From NCBI GenBank assembly GCA_023334545.1, contig JAADVB010000041.1:36500-100499 (forward strand): 64,000 bases of DNA, read 5' to 3'. This DNA is from Salisapilia sapeloensis CBS 127946. Taxonomy: Eukaryota; Protista; Oomycota. The notes below the pieces were generated by a model. That model had not been told where the DNA came from, did not search any database, and saw only the letters and a program-made list of their open reading frames with translations. Below are positions 13,843 through 25,029 of the stretch, in pieces. A program made the translations under genes and the position numbers. Each line of letters begins with the position of its first letter. The stretch's first letter is position 1.

Positions 13843-13862
13843 CCGCCAAAACGCTTCGCGCC
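13843..13862. promoter_or_regulatory. Two E2F-like sites upstream of DNA polymerase alpha
   Basis: ccgccaaa at 13843-13850 (TTTGGCGG on the minus strand) and ttcgcgcc at 13855-13862, about 60-80 nt before ATG 13921. Both resemble the TTTSSCGS E2F consensus. Confidence 0.55.
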
Positions 13863-13920
13863 AGTAACCAAAAAGCTACCAGAGGATCAAGCGCATTCAG
13901 TGCCTTCTCTTGAAGCTGAC

Positions 13921-16900
13921 ATGAGTACGCGTCGATCAGCTCGGTCTACACAGTCCGTGGCACCTGGCACGGGTGGCTCAGGACGTAGTAGTGCTTTGGA
14001 AGAAATTAAAAAGCTGCGTGCGAATGGCTCTCAACTGTCTGCGCTGGAGAGCTCGTCTCGCGTTGCATCTTACAAGCCAAGTGAAGATAGCCTCTTTAAA
14101 ACAGTCACGGAAGACGAGTATGAAGAGCTAGTACGCAATCGACGGTCGCAGCTCCCGTTTGTCGAGAATGATGACCATGGCATGGGCTACTTTGACGATG
14201 GCGAAGAGCAGTTCTTTGACTCGAATGACGAATACGATGATGAAGAAATGGTGGATCCGGATGAAGAAGACGGAAAAGGCAAGAAACGTGGTGCGGGTGC
14301 ACTTAGCAGCTCGTACATTCGTCGGGCAAAAAAGTTGCAACGAGCAAAACTTGGTACGAAAGGTGACCAGAAGATCACCAACATGTTCTTTACTTCGCAA
14401 AATGGAAAGTCAAAAGGTGGCGCAAAAGCTGCTGCTGCAAAAGGCAAGAAGGATATCGATCTGGACAGTATGCTTAACGACTTGACCAGTAATCCGAACG
14501 AATCGACCTTGTATTATGCGCCGACAACGTCCTACAGCGCGCCCTCAAAGCCCTCTACTACCTACACTCATACGGAAGAGATTGAAGACGAAGAAGACTG
14601 GCAGAACGAGATGAACCAGGACGATGACGTCGTTGTCGACGAAGATGAAGACATGGAACCGCTAGCCAGTCCAGCGACAGTAACAGACGAAGTGGAGATG
14701 GATAAAGCCAATATCGATGCCGGCACACCTGAAAAGGTTGAACCTATTAAAGAAGAAGCCACTCCCAAGTTGTCGAAGCGAGCTCAGCTGCTGCGTCAGA
14801 AGGCGCACCAGACGCAATTAAAGACCTCCAAGCCGACAATCTCCCACACACAGCCGCCTGTCAAGACAGAAGCAGTCGACAAGGACTCAGCTCCGTACAT
14901 GAGCCACGTTCCATCGAACGAAGTTTCAGAGTGGTGGAATCAAAGTAGCACCGACACTCTCGACGTCACAAGTTCGAAGCACCACGCCGAAATCTCGTCG
15001 GATGCCGTACACTTATTCTGGATGGACGCTGTCGAAGTGCGTGATCGTCCTGGAAAGCTGTATTTAATCGGCAAGAAGCAAAAGGAGGACGGCTCGAACG
15101 ACCTTGAATCCTGCTGTGTCGTCGTGAATGAACTGCCTCGTGTCATGTACCTCGTTCCGAAGCAAAACTTGACCGACATGACGAAAGAAGAGCGTCAGGA
15201 AGCGTGGATGAGCATGCACACTGAAATCCGATCGTTACTCATCCCTTCCTGTATCACTGGGAAAGTGGATCAACAGCGTTTCCAGTCGAAACTCGTGCAA
15301 CGTGACTATGCGTTCGAAGAAAGCGACATTCCACGTGGTAAGAACTGGTATTTAAAAGTACAATACGCAGCCAAGTACCCTGCTCCGGCGTCTCACGTCG
15401 TGGAGAACGGTGGCAAGACGTTTTCTCGTATCTGCGGAGCTTTCACTCGTCCTCTTGAGAACTTTTTAATCAAGCGAAAGCTGCTCGGACCTGGTTGGAT
15501 CTCGATCAAGAACGTCGCCAAGTGCAAAGAGTCGACTTCCTTTTGTACATCTGAGTTTGAGACGTTTGATCCGAGCCACGTAGAGCCGCTGCTTGGTCAG
15601 TCCGTGCAATCTCCTCCTCTCAAGGTCGCCAGTCTTAGTGTCAAGACCGTATGTAACCGTACAACTGGCAAGCATGAAGTCGTTGCTTTATCTGCTTTGA
15701 CCGAGAGCAATGTGAATCCGGACGGTAAAGGACACAAGGGAGGACGGAAGCTGTCTCACTTCACGTGCATCCGGCCTCTAGAGAATGGATTCCCTCAAGA
15801 GTACGTGAACAAGGCGATGGAAGACCCTCGCTTCAGTGGTCCAGGTGACAAGCTGCGTGTAGAACCGAATGAACGGGCGATGCTGTCCTACTTTCTCAAT
15901 CGACTGCAGCGTGAAGATCCAGACGTGATTGTCGGTCATAATCTCCATAGCTACCTCTTGGATCTCATCGTGTCTCGTATCGATCATTATAAACTCGGAG
16001 GCCTCTGGTCCAAGATCACGCGTCTACGTCGTGGTCGACTCACGCCGTTGAACATGGGCGAAGGATGGAATGAATACCGTCTAGACGATCTCCTAAACGG
16101 ACGACTGCTGTGCGATACCTACGTGTCATCGAAAGAACTGCTTCCATCGCAAAGCGACTACTCGTTAACGTACTTGGTCCAGTCGCAACTTCACAAGACT
16201 CGTGTCGACGTTGAAATGACAGACCTTCCGCAGCTTCTAACATCAGGTGCAGATAACTTTGTCAAGCTCCTGCGGCACACACTTGACGACGGCATGTTCG
16301 TCTTGCAGCTCATGCACTCTCTAGAAGTACTTCCGCTTAGTAAGCAACTCGCCAACCTCTGTGGGTACCTCTGGCCACGTACGTTAGAAGGAAATAAGCG
16401 TTCGGAACGTATGGAGTTCCTCTTACTCCACGAATTCAGTCGAAAGGAACGCAAGTTCCTCATTCCAGACAAGCAACGTCCAAAGGAAAAGAGCAAAAAG
16501 ACTCGAAAGCGAGATCCGGCGTATGCTGGTGGTATGGTCTTTGCGCCTCAGAAAGGTCTGTACGACAATTACGTCGTCCTGCTCGACTTTATGAGTCTTT
16601 ACCCTTCGATCATCCGAGAGTACAACATTTGCTTCACGACCGTCGATCGGAAGCTCCAGTCGGAGGATGAAGAGGTAGAAGTACCGCCACTACCGTCATC
16701 TAACGCAGAGGCAGGCGTCCTCCCAGATGTCTTCAAGCGTCTACTAGAGTCTCGAAAGCAAGTAAAAGCACAGCTAAAGGTTGAGACGAAGAATAATAAC
16801 GTCGAAGCAGCCCAGCGTCTCGACATTCGTCAGAAAGCGATTAAACTCACAGCCAACGCCTTGTACGGATGTCTCGGTCTCAAGCACTCGCGCTTCCATG

Positions 16901-18442
16901 CCAAACCGATTGCTGCGTTGATCACAGCCACTGGTCGACAGACGCTGCAGAGAGCAAAGGAAGTGGCAGAGCAAGAGTGCGGATATGACGTCGTCTACGG
17001 AGATACAGACTCGATCATGGTGGATACCAAGGCGCAGGACGTGGCTGAAGCACAACGTGTAGGTAACGAAGTCATGGCGCAGTGTAACAAGCACTTTAAG
17101 CTGCTGGAACTCGAGGTGGACTACCTCTTTAAGACTATTCTGCTGCTGAATAAGAAAAAGTATGCTGCGTTGGTGGTACAGGATGCATCCAATCCAGAGG
17201 ACGTCAAGTGCAAGAAGGACGTCAAGGGTCTCGATATGGTCCGTCGAGACTGGTGTCCGCTGTCAAAGCAAGCTGGGCATGACGTCCTAGATGTCATCCT
17301 CTCTGGAGCTGCACGAGACGACGTGGTAGACAAGATCCATGACTATCTAGAAGCTCTTGCCTCTCGCGTACGTACGGAAGAAACTGCTTTGGATGATTTT
17401 GTCATCACCAAGTCGCTGAACAAGGCGCCAGAGCAGTATCCTGACAGTCAACGTCAGCCGCATGTGCAAGTCGCCTTAGCTCTCAAGCAACAGGGTAAAC
17501 CGATTGGAGCTGGCACACACATTTCCTACGTCATGTGCAAGCAGGAGGAAGGCGGATCTGGTCGGAAGGCGTATCATCCGGAAGAGGTGAAGCGATCCAT
17601 GGGCAAGTTGGAATTGGATCTCGAGTGGTACCTCGAGTCTCAAGTGCATCCGCCAGTCAACCGTCTGTGCGCACATATCGATGGAACGAGTAGTGCCCAG
17701 CTAGCCCATTGCCTCGGTCTTGACACGAAGAAATTTTCGCATAATATGGAAGAGGAAGTGGAAAACGATGTCATCCCGAGTGTGCTCCAGGATGACTCGG
17801 AGAGATTCCAGAACTGCTCTCCTCTGCGTGTGACGTGTAGAAGGTGTCAGGAAGAGAATGTCTTCCCTGGTGTACTCGATCCCATTTCAAGCAAGAGCGG
17901 TATGGTGTGTCCGAATGCATCTTGTGGCGCGAATCTCTGGGGGTATGATCAGGAAGGCATCAATGGTACACCTGGAGACGATTTACTGTCTCTCTTGTCG
18001 AACAAGGTGCATCTGGGTGTACGAGAGATTACGAAAAAGTATTATCTAGGATGGACGCAGTGTCTCGACAGCACTTGTAAGTTGAGGACGCAAAAGCAGA
18101 GTCTGAGAGGAAAAGGGGACAGATGCGCGGATCCACGATGTCGGTCGCAAGTGTCGCTGGAAGTACCAGATGAAGTCGTGTACACCCAGCTCAAGTACTT
18201 TGCGTCGTTGTTTGACGTCGAGAGAGCGCAGAGCAAGCTTGAGGAGAAGGGAAAACCGAGGGTCAATGTGGATGCGAGACACGCCGAGATCTTCCATGTA
18301 CTACATAAGCAGGCGGAAAAGGTATTTTATTATGCAGTGTATAGTAGGAGAGGAGATGCTAATGAGGTTGATGATGTAGACGGTGCGCCAGAACGACTTT
18401 AATTGGGTCAAGCCATCTATTTGGCAATCGCTCTTTGTCTAG
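13921..18442 (+). CDS. POLA1: DNA polymerase alpha catalytic subunit
   Basis: B-family motifs YAGGMVFAPQKGLY...LLDFMSLYPSII, KLTANALYGCLG, YGDTDS and KKKYAAL, plus C-terminal Cys clusters. An intron at 18322-18379 (GTATTT...GCTAAT...GTAG) gives the terminal exon TVRQNDFNWVKPSIWQSLFV*. Confidence 0.97.
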
Positions 18443-18867
18443 ATTGGACGATAGCCTCTATAATTGAAAAAGGGCTACTTGATGTGTCTACTTAGTGCTT
18501 AAAAGTTGTTGGAAAGGGTCATCAATGAACTGCACATATCTAGCCGTATCTAAATGCATCTTGCGATCACTATACTCATAGCAAAAGCTATCATACCCTC
18601 TTTATAAACCAAACCACGATTGTATTCGTTCGGCTAGGCTAATGGAATGTGTCAAGCTCAATAGATGGTTAGCTAGTACTCGTGCACTAAATCATTCTCT
18701 TCACCTGACCAACATTCCGCTCAACTTCTACGAAACTACGATGTTGAAGTTAGTGACATTATAATTAGAAGCGTGCCAAATGGTACACCCTACACAACAT
18801 CAGCCAACCAACACACCAAGTAGCAATTGGCCTCGTCTAGACTCCTGTGCACTTGCCTACATCGGTC

Positions 18868-21800
18868 ATGTCGTCCACTTCTGCTGCAAATGCACCTCCG
18901 GCTGATACGTCAGACATGAACGCAGCTCAGTTGCGAAAGCATTTATCCAAGTACGCTTTACCCAGCGCCAATGAGCTCCAGCACCTCCAGTCGGCGGACC
19001 CGACGGCGTCCCATCGATCTTCTTTCTTTCGCATGCAGACGGAAGAGCTTCTTTCGCGTATGCAAGTGAAGCCGAGCAGTCAGAACTCGGAAGGATTGCA
19101 AAAGGTGCTCTTTCAGGTTAAAGACATGTTGCTCGATACGCCGGAAAACAGCCAAGTCACGTCGGAACTACTTGAGCACATGGCACTACCCATTCGCAAC
19201 TTTATCAAGCGCAAGGAGATTGTTCTGTCATTTTCAAAACCGTCTCGAGTGGATGTGATTGGTAGCTTTATTCTTGGCACCATGGCTCACTCGAACTCGA
19301 AGAAAAGCGAAGCGTATGGTGACTTTACCATCGACTTGGCTGTCGAAATGCCATCCGAGTGCTTTTTACCAAAAGACTTTAGCAACTATCGATACTTTGA
19401 CAAGCGGAATCTATACGTTGGCGTCCTCCTCTCTCGCCTACAACAGGACAAAAGCGGTCTTTTCAGCGACGTCCAGTTGGCCGACTTCCAAGGAGACACT
19501 GGAAAACCGATTCTATCCGTAAAAGTTGCTCCGAAAATGCTCAAGAGCCTTGGTATCAAGTACCACAGCCTCGTGCTTCATGTACACCCTGTGATCTCGC
19601 CTGAAGACACATTCAAACTAGCTAAACTCGCTCCATCTCGCAACAACATTCGCCACGAAGCAACCATGAGCGAAAGTGAGATGCAAGCATGCAACACGCC
19701 TCTGTACAACACATCCATTCTAGAGGACATGATGTTGAAACGACACTCAAGAGAGCTCCACACTGCGTGCAGCAGTGACAACTTTAAGCAAGCGTGCGTC
19801 CTCCTTCGCATTTGGCTACGTCAGCGACAGTTTCACAAAGCGATGGACAGTCTCAACGGCTTCCACCTGTCCATGCTACTACTGTACCTCTTCGAGCAAG
19901 GACGAGTGAATCAGCATACACCTCCTGATCAGATGTTTAAAGTATTGATGCAGTTCCTTGTGTCTCACGACATCCAGTCCACTCCTCTCATGTTCTCTCC
20001 AGCTGATGACGGTGTCGCGTTAACAGAGCAAGGCATCAGCGTCTTCCAAGAAGCTTTCGATACAGTCCTTCTCGACTCATCCGGTCGACTCAACTTGCTT
20101 GCAAGAGTCACGATGAACGCGTATAAGGAAGTACAGCATGCTGCGAAGGAATCTCTCGACTTGCTTCATCGCGGATCAAGTGAAGACTTCCAGGCTCTCT
20201 TCATTCAAAAGAGACCATTCTGGACGCGATTTGATGAATATTTTTGGTTCCCATCTCCTGTGGCAGTAGATGAGTCGGATGAAACGACGTACACCAAGGA
20301 AGAGAAACGTCAGATCAATGATCTTGGTCTCGAACGCTTCTGGCGACGTAAACTCGAGAGCCTCGTCACTCGAGCACTGACGGATCGAGTGCATCTAGTC
20401 TCCTCGTACTCTCAGAAGGCTGTTACTTGGAAAGGAAGCATGCCTGAATCACGACCTGTTGCCATCGGAGTGGTTATCAACAAGACCAATGCGTCACGTA
20501 TCGTTGACAAAGGTCCATCTGCAGATGATAAACAGGCCAGTAGAGAGTTCCAGGTGTTCTGGAAAGGCAAGTCGGAGCTACGTCGCTTCAAAGACGGAGC
20601 TATCGTCGAGGCTGTTGTGTGGGAAGAAGTCACCTCCGAAACGAGACATCGTCTGCTAGAGCTGATCGTTCGCTATATCACAGCTGCCCACTGTCCTCAG
20701 TTGACGTCATCATCGCACATTAAAGGCTCCAACGCTCCTCTCCACGCACTCGTGGACCATTCTCTTCGTCAGGGAAACCAGTCTGGAAACCTAGAGTCCA
20801 GCATGACATCCGTCAACCACCTCTGGGTCGTCTTTAATCGCATCGCGAAACAAATCCGATCTCTCGAGACGCTACCTCTGTCCGTATCAGACGTTCAACC
20901 GGTACATCCTTGCTTCCGCTACACGAGTGTTATTCCTCCGACGCCCCATCCACTCGCGTACTCTAAAGGCGAGAAAAAGACTTCATCCGGATTGACGCAC
21001 GCTACAACTGTATTGGAGCCATTGCAAGTCTTTGTCAAATTCGAACGATCTTCCTCCTGGCCGAGTGAAGCGAAAGCTTTGGAGCATGCTAAAATGGGTT
21101 TCTACGTCCACATGGCGCATGAGCTCGAACGCTCTTGCCACCTTCGATGTGAAGCGACAAAAGAGAGTGTAGACGTCTTCAGTGGAGGCTTTGCCTTCCG
21201 TCTTTCCATCACGAGTGATAACGAAGTGTCGGTCGTAAGTGGTCAGAAGAAACTGGATGTGCTCCAGTCCACAGCCTTCGTACGTGCCAAGCAGCGAATG
21301 CAGTATCTACCGCAGCACGCCAACGGTGTCCAGGCGTTGCACACCAAAAGCGGATCGTATGGTCCGACGGTGCGTTTACTCCAGAAATGGATCGCCACGA
21401 ACCACTTGTCCAACAGCTTTTCGCAACAAGTGCTCGAGCTCCTTGTGGCTCATGTCTTCACGACGTCTTCCCCACACTCCGTTCCGTCATCCATGATGTC
21501 TGGATTTATGCGCACTCTCAAGCTTATCTCAAGTCACGACTGGCAAACGATGCCACTGATCGCATCTCTAGATGACCCTGCGAGTGAAGACAAGAGCCGG
21601 GAGATGACAAAACGGTTTGAAGCATCCGCAACCAAACCTTCCACCCACCCAGCCATGTTCATCGCTGCTACCTATGAAGACATGGAGTGTCTATCTAGCT
21701 GGACACGCTCGAGTCCGTCGAGAGTTGTTGTCCAGCGCCTGCAGTCACTGGCGAAGATGACGTATGAAAAAGGCGTGGCGTGGTTGAGTGGAGGTCTCCC

Positions 21801-22254
21801 AGCGCATGGGTGGCACAAAGCCTTCCACCTATCGGCTCCAGCAGACTTTGACGTTGTTATCGATCTGCAGACGAATAAACTACCGAGTAAGACGATGAAG
21901 ACAGAAAAGAAGCAGGCGTTTAGTACCACCGTATACAGCAACATGCGCTCTTCGGATGTAGAGCTACTGCCTGGATTCGATCCTGTCCATCGTCTTGTGC
22001 AGGACATTGAGAGTCGATTCGGTAGCCTCTTACTAGTGTTTGTGGACGTGTTAGAGAAGGACCAGATCATGCTGCTGTGGAAACCACCGGCTTTCGTGCC
22101 GAAGAAGAGGAGGCCGTTGGAAGCGAATGGGATGCTTCCGCTAGATAGAGACAACAAGTTCGAGTCTGTGCCGAATGTGTTTGAGATTCTGTCCGAGATC
22201 AAGGGTATGGGCGACGGAATGATCGAACGCGTACAGGTCGCACCATTCGAGTGA
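18868..22254 (+). CDS. NOL6: Nucleolar protein 6 / U3 snoRNA-associated protein 22 (Nrap family)
   Basis: Single ~1130-aa ORF with Nrap motifs IDLAVEMP..CF.PKDFSNYRYFDKR..Y, FWKGKSELRRFKDGAIVEAVVW and YGPTVRLLQKWI. Confidence 0.93.
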   Translation: MSSTSAANAPPADTSDMNAAQLRKHLSKYALPSANELQHLQSADPTASHRSSFFRMQTEELLSRMQVKPSSQNSEGLQKVLFQVKDMLLDTPENSQVTSELLEHMALPIRNFIKRKEIVLSFSKPSRVDVIGSFILGTMAHSNSKKSEAYGDFTIDLAVEMPSECFLPKDFSNYRYFDKRNLYVGVLLSRLQQDKSGLFSDVQLADFQGDTGKPILSVKVAPKMLKSLGIKYHSLVLHVHPVISPEDTFKLAKLAPSRNNIRHEATMSESEMQACNTPLYNTSILEDMMLKRHSRELHTACSSDNFKQACVLLRIWLRQRQFHKAMDSLNGFHLSMLLLYLFEQGRVNQHTPPDQMFKVLMQFLVSHDIQSTPLMFSPADDGVALTEQGISVFQEAFDTVLLDSSGRLNLLARVTMNAYKEVQHAAKESLDLLHRGSSEDFQALFIQKRPFWTRFDEYFWFPSPVAVDESDETTYTKEEKRQINDLGLERFWRRKLESLVTRALTDRVHLVSSYSQKAVTWKGSMPESRPVAIGVVINKTNASRIVDKGPSADDKQASREFQVFWKGKSELRRFKDGAIVEAVVWEEVTSETRHRLLELIVRYITAAHCPQLTSSSHIKGSNAPLHALVDHSLRQGNQSGNLESSMTSVNHLWVVFNRIAKQIRSLETLPLSVSDVQPVHPCFRYTSVIPPTPHPLAYSKGEKKTSSGLTHATTVLEPLQVFVKFERSSSWPSEAKALEHAKMGFYVHMAHELERSCHLRCEATKESVDVFSGGFAFRLSITSDNEVSVVSGQKKLDVLQSTAFVRAKQRMQYLPQHANGVQALHTKSGSYGPTVRLLQKWIATNHLSNSFSQQVLELLVAHVFTTSSPHSVPSSMMSGFMRTLKLISSHDWQTMPLIASLDDPASEDKSREMTKRFEASATKPSTHPAMFIAATYEDMECLSSWTRSSPSRVVVQRLQSLAKMTYEKGVAWLSGGLPAHGWHKAFHLSAPADFDVVIDLQTNKLPSKTMKTEKKQAFSTTVYSNMRSSDVELLPGFDPVHRLVQDIESRFGSLLLVFVDVLEKDQIMLLWKPPAFVPKKRRPLEANGMLPLDRDNKFESVPNVFEILSEIKGMGDGMIERVQVAPFE

Positions 22255-22314
22255 AGTATGCAAACGAGCTTATAGGGTCCAATAAAGAATCGTTGATTAT
22301 GCAAAAGCTTCATT

Positions 22315-23013
22315 TCACTGGTTATCCACTTGTTCCGACGAAGCAGTCTGGAGCTCATCGTAGAGGAGAATGAGTTCTGGAAAGAGCTCTTGGAAGACTT
22401 TATCTTGACAGTTGAAACGAAGCGAATCTTTCGCGTAGGCCCTTTTCTACATTATACAAGTGAGTGTGGATGCGTATGGCAAGTATATCTTTGCAAACCT
22501 CTTCAAGTGTTGTGGAAATGCTGCCAACCGTCTTGTGGTCTTCCAGCTACGATAATGCAACTGAACAATAAATGGCACCTGAATAAATAGAATTCGAGTA
22601 CCATGAACGAGTACAGGCCGATGAGAATAGAAATGGGAGACCAAGCAGGACTCCAGGACTCGGGGTGGTGGTCCGAGTTTGTCATGCAAATGCGTTTATT
22701 CACCTCGAAACGCCCATTCGGTGTTATCATCATAATGCTCGGTGGTTTCCACGGATAGTCTGTTGGAAACGTGAGCTTCCCGTGGTAATACCCGCCTTCA
22801 TATGGCGATCCACTTGTGCCTATGGGTCGTATTGAGCTTTTAGTAACGCAATCTTATGTCCATCAGCTTGACGTCTTGTATCCTACCGATGAGGACGTAG
22901 TGCCATACCAAGATATTCTCTTCCAACGGAGCGACGCACAAGTTATTCACAGGAGCCTTGAGGAAGCTCATAAACTCTTTTCGAAGTCTCTTCTTCGCGA
23001 AAGCGTCCGCCAT
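22315..23013 (-). CDS. Ubc6/UBE2J-family E2, paralog A (4 exons, 174 aa, no transmembrane tail)
   Basis: Exons 23013-22887, 22819-22602, 22546-22499 and 22446-22315, all GT-AG and in frame. Product includes MADAFAKKRLRKEF...WHYVLIGTSGSPYEGGYYHGKL.FPTDYPWKPPSIMMITPNGRF...RICMTNSDHHPESWSPAWS...QELFPEL...VDNQ*. Confidence 0.88.
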
Positions 23014-23229
23014 GGGGGGGAAGCAGGAAATGGCTTCACTCCGAAGCGGCTATGCAGAGGTCGGCCAAACCGGATGGTACTGGCACCACATATTAGTGTG
23101 GTACACATTACTATCGAGAAGTGGCTACGTATTGGTTTCCAATGTCCAAGCCGAGGATTCCAATGGTTCAGCAAAATTCACGATATATTGCCAGGATCTT
23201 AGAAATAACGAATAAAATGGAATGTCGGT

Positions 23230-23889
23230 TTAGCTCACATCTTCCTCTATCTCGGTGGACTCGTTGCTTTCATCGTCGGATAGTGGCTTTTCAACCAGTT
23301 CTGGAAATAGTTCGAGAAACCTTGGATCGTTACGGTTATAAGCTTTCGACATTGTCGCCAGCTCTTGTTTCTAGGAAATAGACAAGAGGTTATGATTAAA
23401 AGATGTAGGTGTGCTTAGAAGTGGGTACCTTAGCGTTTGATGTTCGGATACCTCCAGTTGTAATCTCGTTTGTCAGCTACATGTCCATTTGCATTTATAA
23501 AGATCAGTAGGCTAAATATGCAAGCAATTGTCCAATATCCAAACCATAAATTCGTAGATGGCATCAAGTATGGCACCAATAGTCCAATGTGGATTCCATA
23601 GTTCCGGGTGGAACGACGTTAGCGTGAGGCATATACTTTGACCGACTTTGAATCTTCCACTCGGAGTAAGCATGGAAACACTAGGCGGAGCCAGCGGATA
23701 GTTGTTTGGGAACATTAATTGGCCATGGTACTCACCACCAGCATACACCGTCAAAGGCTTTCCAAGAATCACAAAATGCCATTGCAGTATGTTGTCCTCA
23801 TTCGGCTTGACAACGATGTTTGAAATTGGGTTTCTCGAAAGTGCAATGTATTCTCGCTTCAGCCTTTTCGTAGCGACTGTAGATGCCAT
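23230..23889 (-). CDS. Ubc6/UBE2J-family E2, paralog B (3 exons, acidic tail, no transmembrane tail)
   Basis: Exons 23889-23545, 23476-23429 and 23370-23230. Product includes MASTVATKRLKREY...YAGGEYHGQLMFPNNYPLAPPSVSMLTPSGRF...SICLTLTSFHPELWNPHW...FLELFPELVEKPLSDDESNESTEIEEDVS*. Confidence 0.88.
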
Positions 23890-24217
23890 GTTCTTAGGTT
23901 GACTGGAAGCAGAAAAGTGGCTGCAAATTGCGTTCGATTTTATTCGATTCACAGGCGTACTTGATCGAGCGTGTGATGCAGCATAAAATAGCTGGCTAAA
24001 TATCGATAATGGGCAAAATACTAAGAAACTGTCAAAGTCATGCACATAGACGATATACTAATTTACGTCACTATACGTCATGGTCCTTTTGTGGTACACT
24101 TTTATCTTGCTTTTTGTAGCAGACATTAAGCTCAAGGAATTGTACACTAAGACCAACGTCTTTCGCGTCGAGCTCCTCGCTCCTCTCTCTTCTCTTCTTG
24201 CGTCCACATAATCAATC

Positions 24218-24997
24218 ATGGCATCTACAATGGCAACAAAGCGTCTACAGAAGGAGCTAATTGCTCTTCAAAAGAAACCGATTGAAAACATTCAAGCAGT
24301 GCCGCTCGAATCCAACATTTTGGAATGGCACTACGTGGTCAAGGGAACGGAAGGTCCTCTTTGCTAGCAGTTTCACTACATAAAAGCTCCATTTAACCAA
24401 TTATGATGCAGGTACGCCCTACGCTGGGGGATACTACCACGGGTACCTCCGGTTTCCACCCGAGTACCCGATGAAGCCACCGTCAGTACTCATGGTGACG
24501 CCAAACGGTCGATTCAAGACGAACCAACGTATATGCCTTAGCGCAAGCGACTTCCACCCTGAAACTTGGAATCCAATGTGGTCTGTCTCTTCGATCATCA
24601 TCGGCCTTTATTCTTTCATGGTACTTGAGCAATCCTTATAGCGCTACTTGGTCATAAACTTACCTTGAGCTAGTTAGACAATCAGCAGACGTTGGGCAGT
24701 ATGAACACGTCCGACGCGCAGAAACGAAAGTATGCTGAGGCATCTTTGGAGTGGAACGTGAATAACGACCCGAAATTCTGCAAACTTTTCCCAGACCTTG
24801 TACAGCTATACGAGGAACGCGTGGAAGAGGAGAAATTACGAGATCCGGATGGCCTGCAGAAGTCCAACTCGACCGGATCGAACGGACTAGAGGTGCAATC
24901 TACCATTGACAAACTCGTGCGAGGCGAGTATCCCAACGTCGTGACCGGATTCTTAGTAGTTGCTCTCGTCATTCTCATTTACATTTCTGAATTTTAA
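24218..24997 (+). CDS. UBC6: Ubc6/UBE2J2-like E2, paralog C (3 exons, C-terminal tail anchor)
   Basis: Introns at 24354-24411 and 24621-24673. Product includes [14 protein letters not shown]...[26 protein letters not shown]...[24 protein letters not shown] and ends in hydrophobic [19 protein letters not shown]. Confidence 0.93.
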
Positions 24998-25029
24998 TTT
25001 GTGCACGGACTCGAAAATAAAGCGGAGTT

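Noticed and set aside
14105-18297. Many 65-110 aa ORFs overlapping POLA1
   Set aside because: Alternative-frame and antisense shadows of a codon-biased gene; no motifs.
21672-22358. 228-aa minus ORF overlapping the NOL6 3' end
   Set aside because: Antisense to a conserved CDS, with no recognisable domain.
22816-23381. ORFs 22816-23202, 22958-23215, 22968-23174 and 23121-23381
   Set aside because: Explained by the spliced E2 paralogs A and B on the minus strand.
23890-24045. N-terminal extension of the 177-aa ORF (MHDFDSF…)
   Set aside because: Homology to paralog C begins at MASTVATKRL (23889); the extension lies in the shared promoter.
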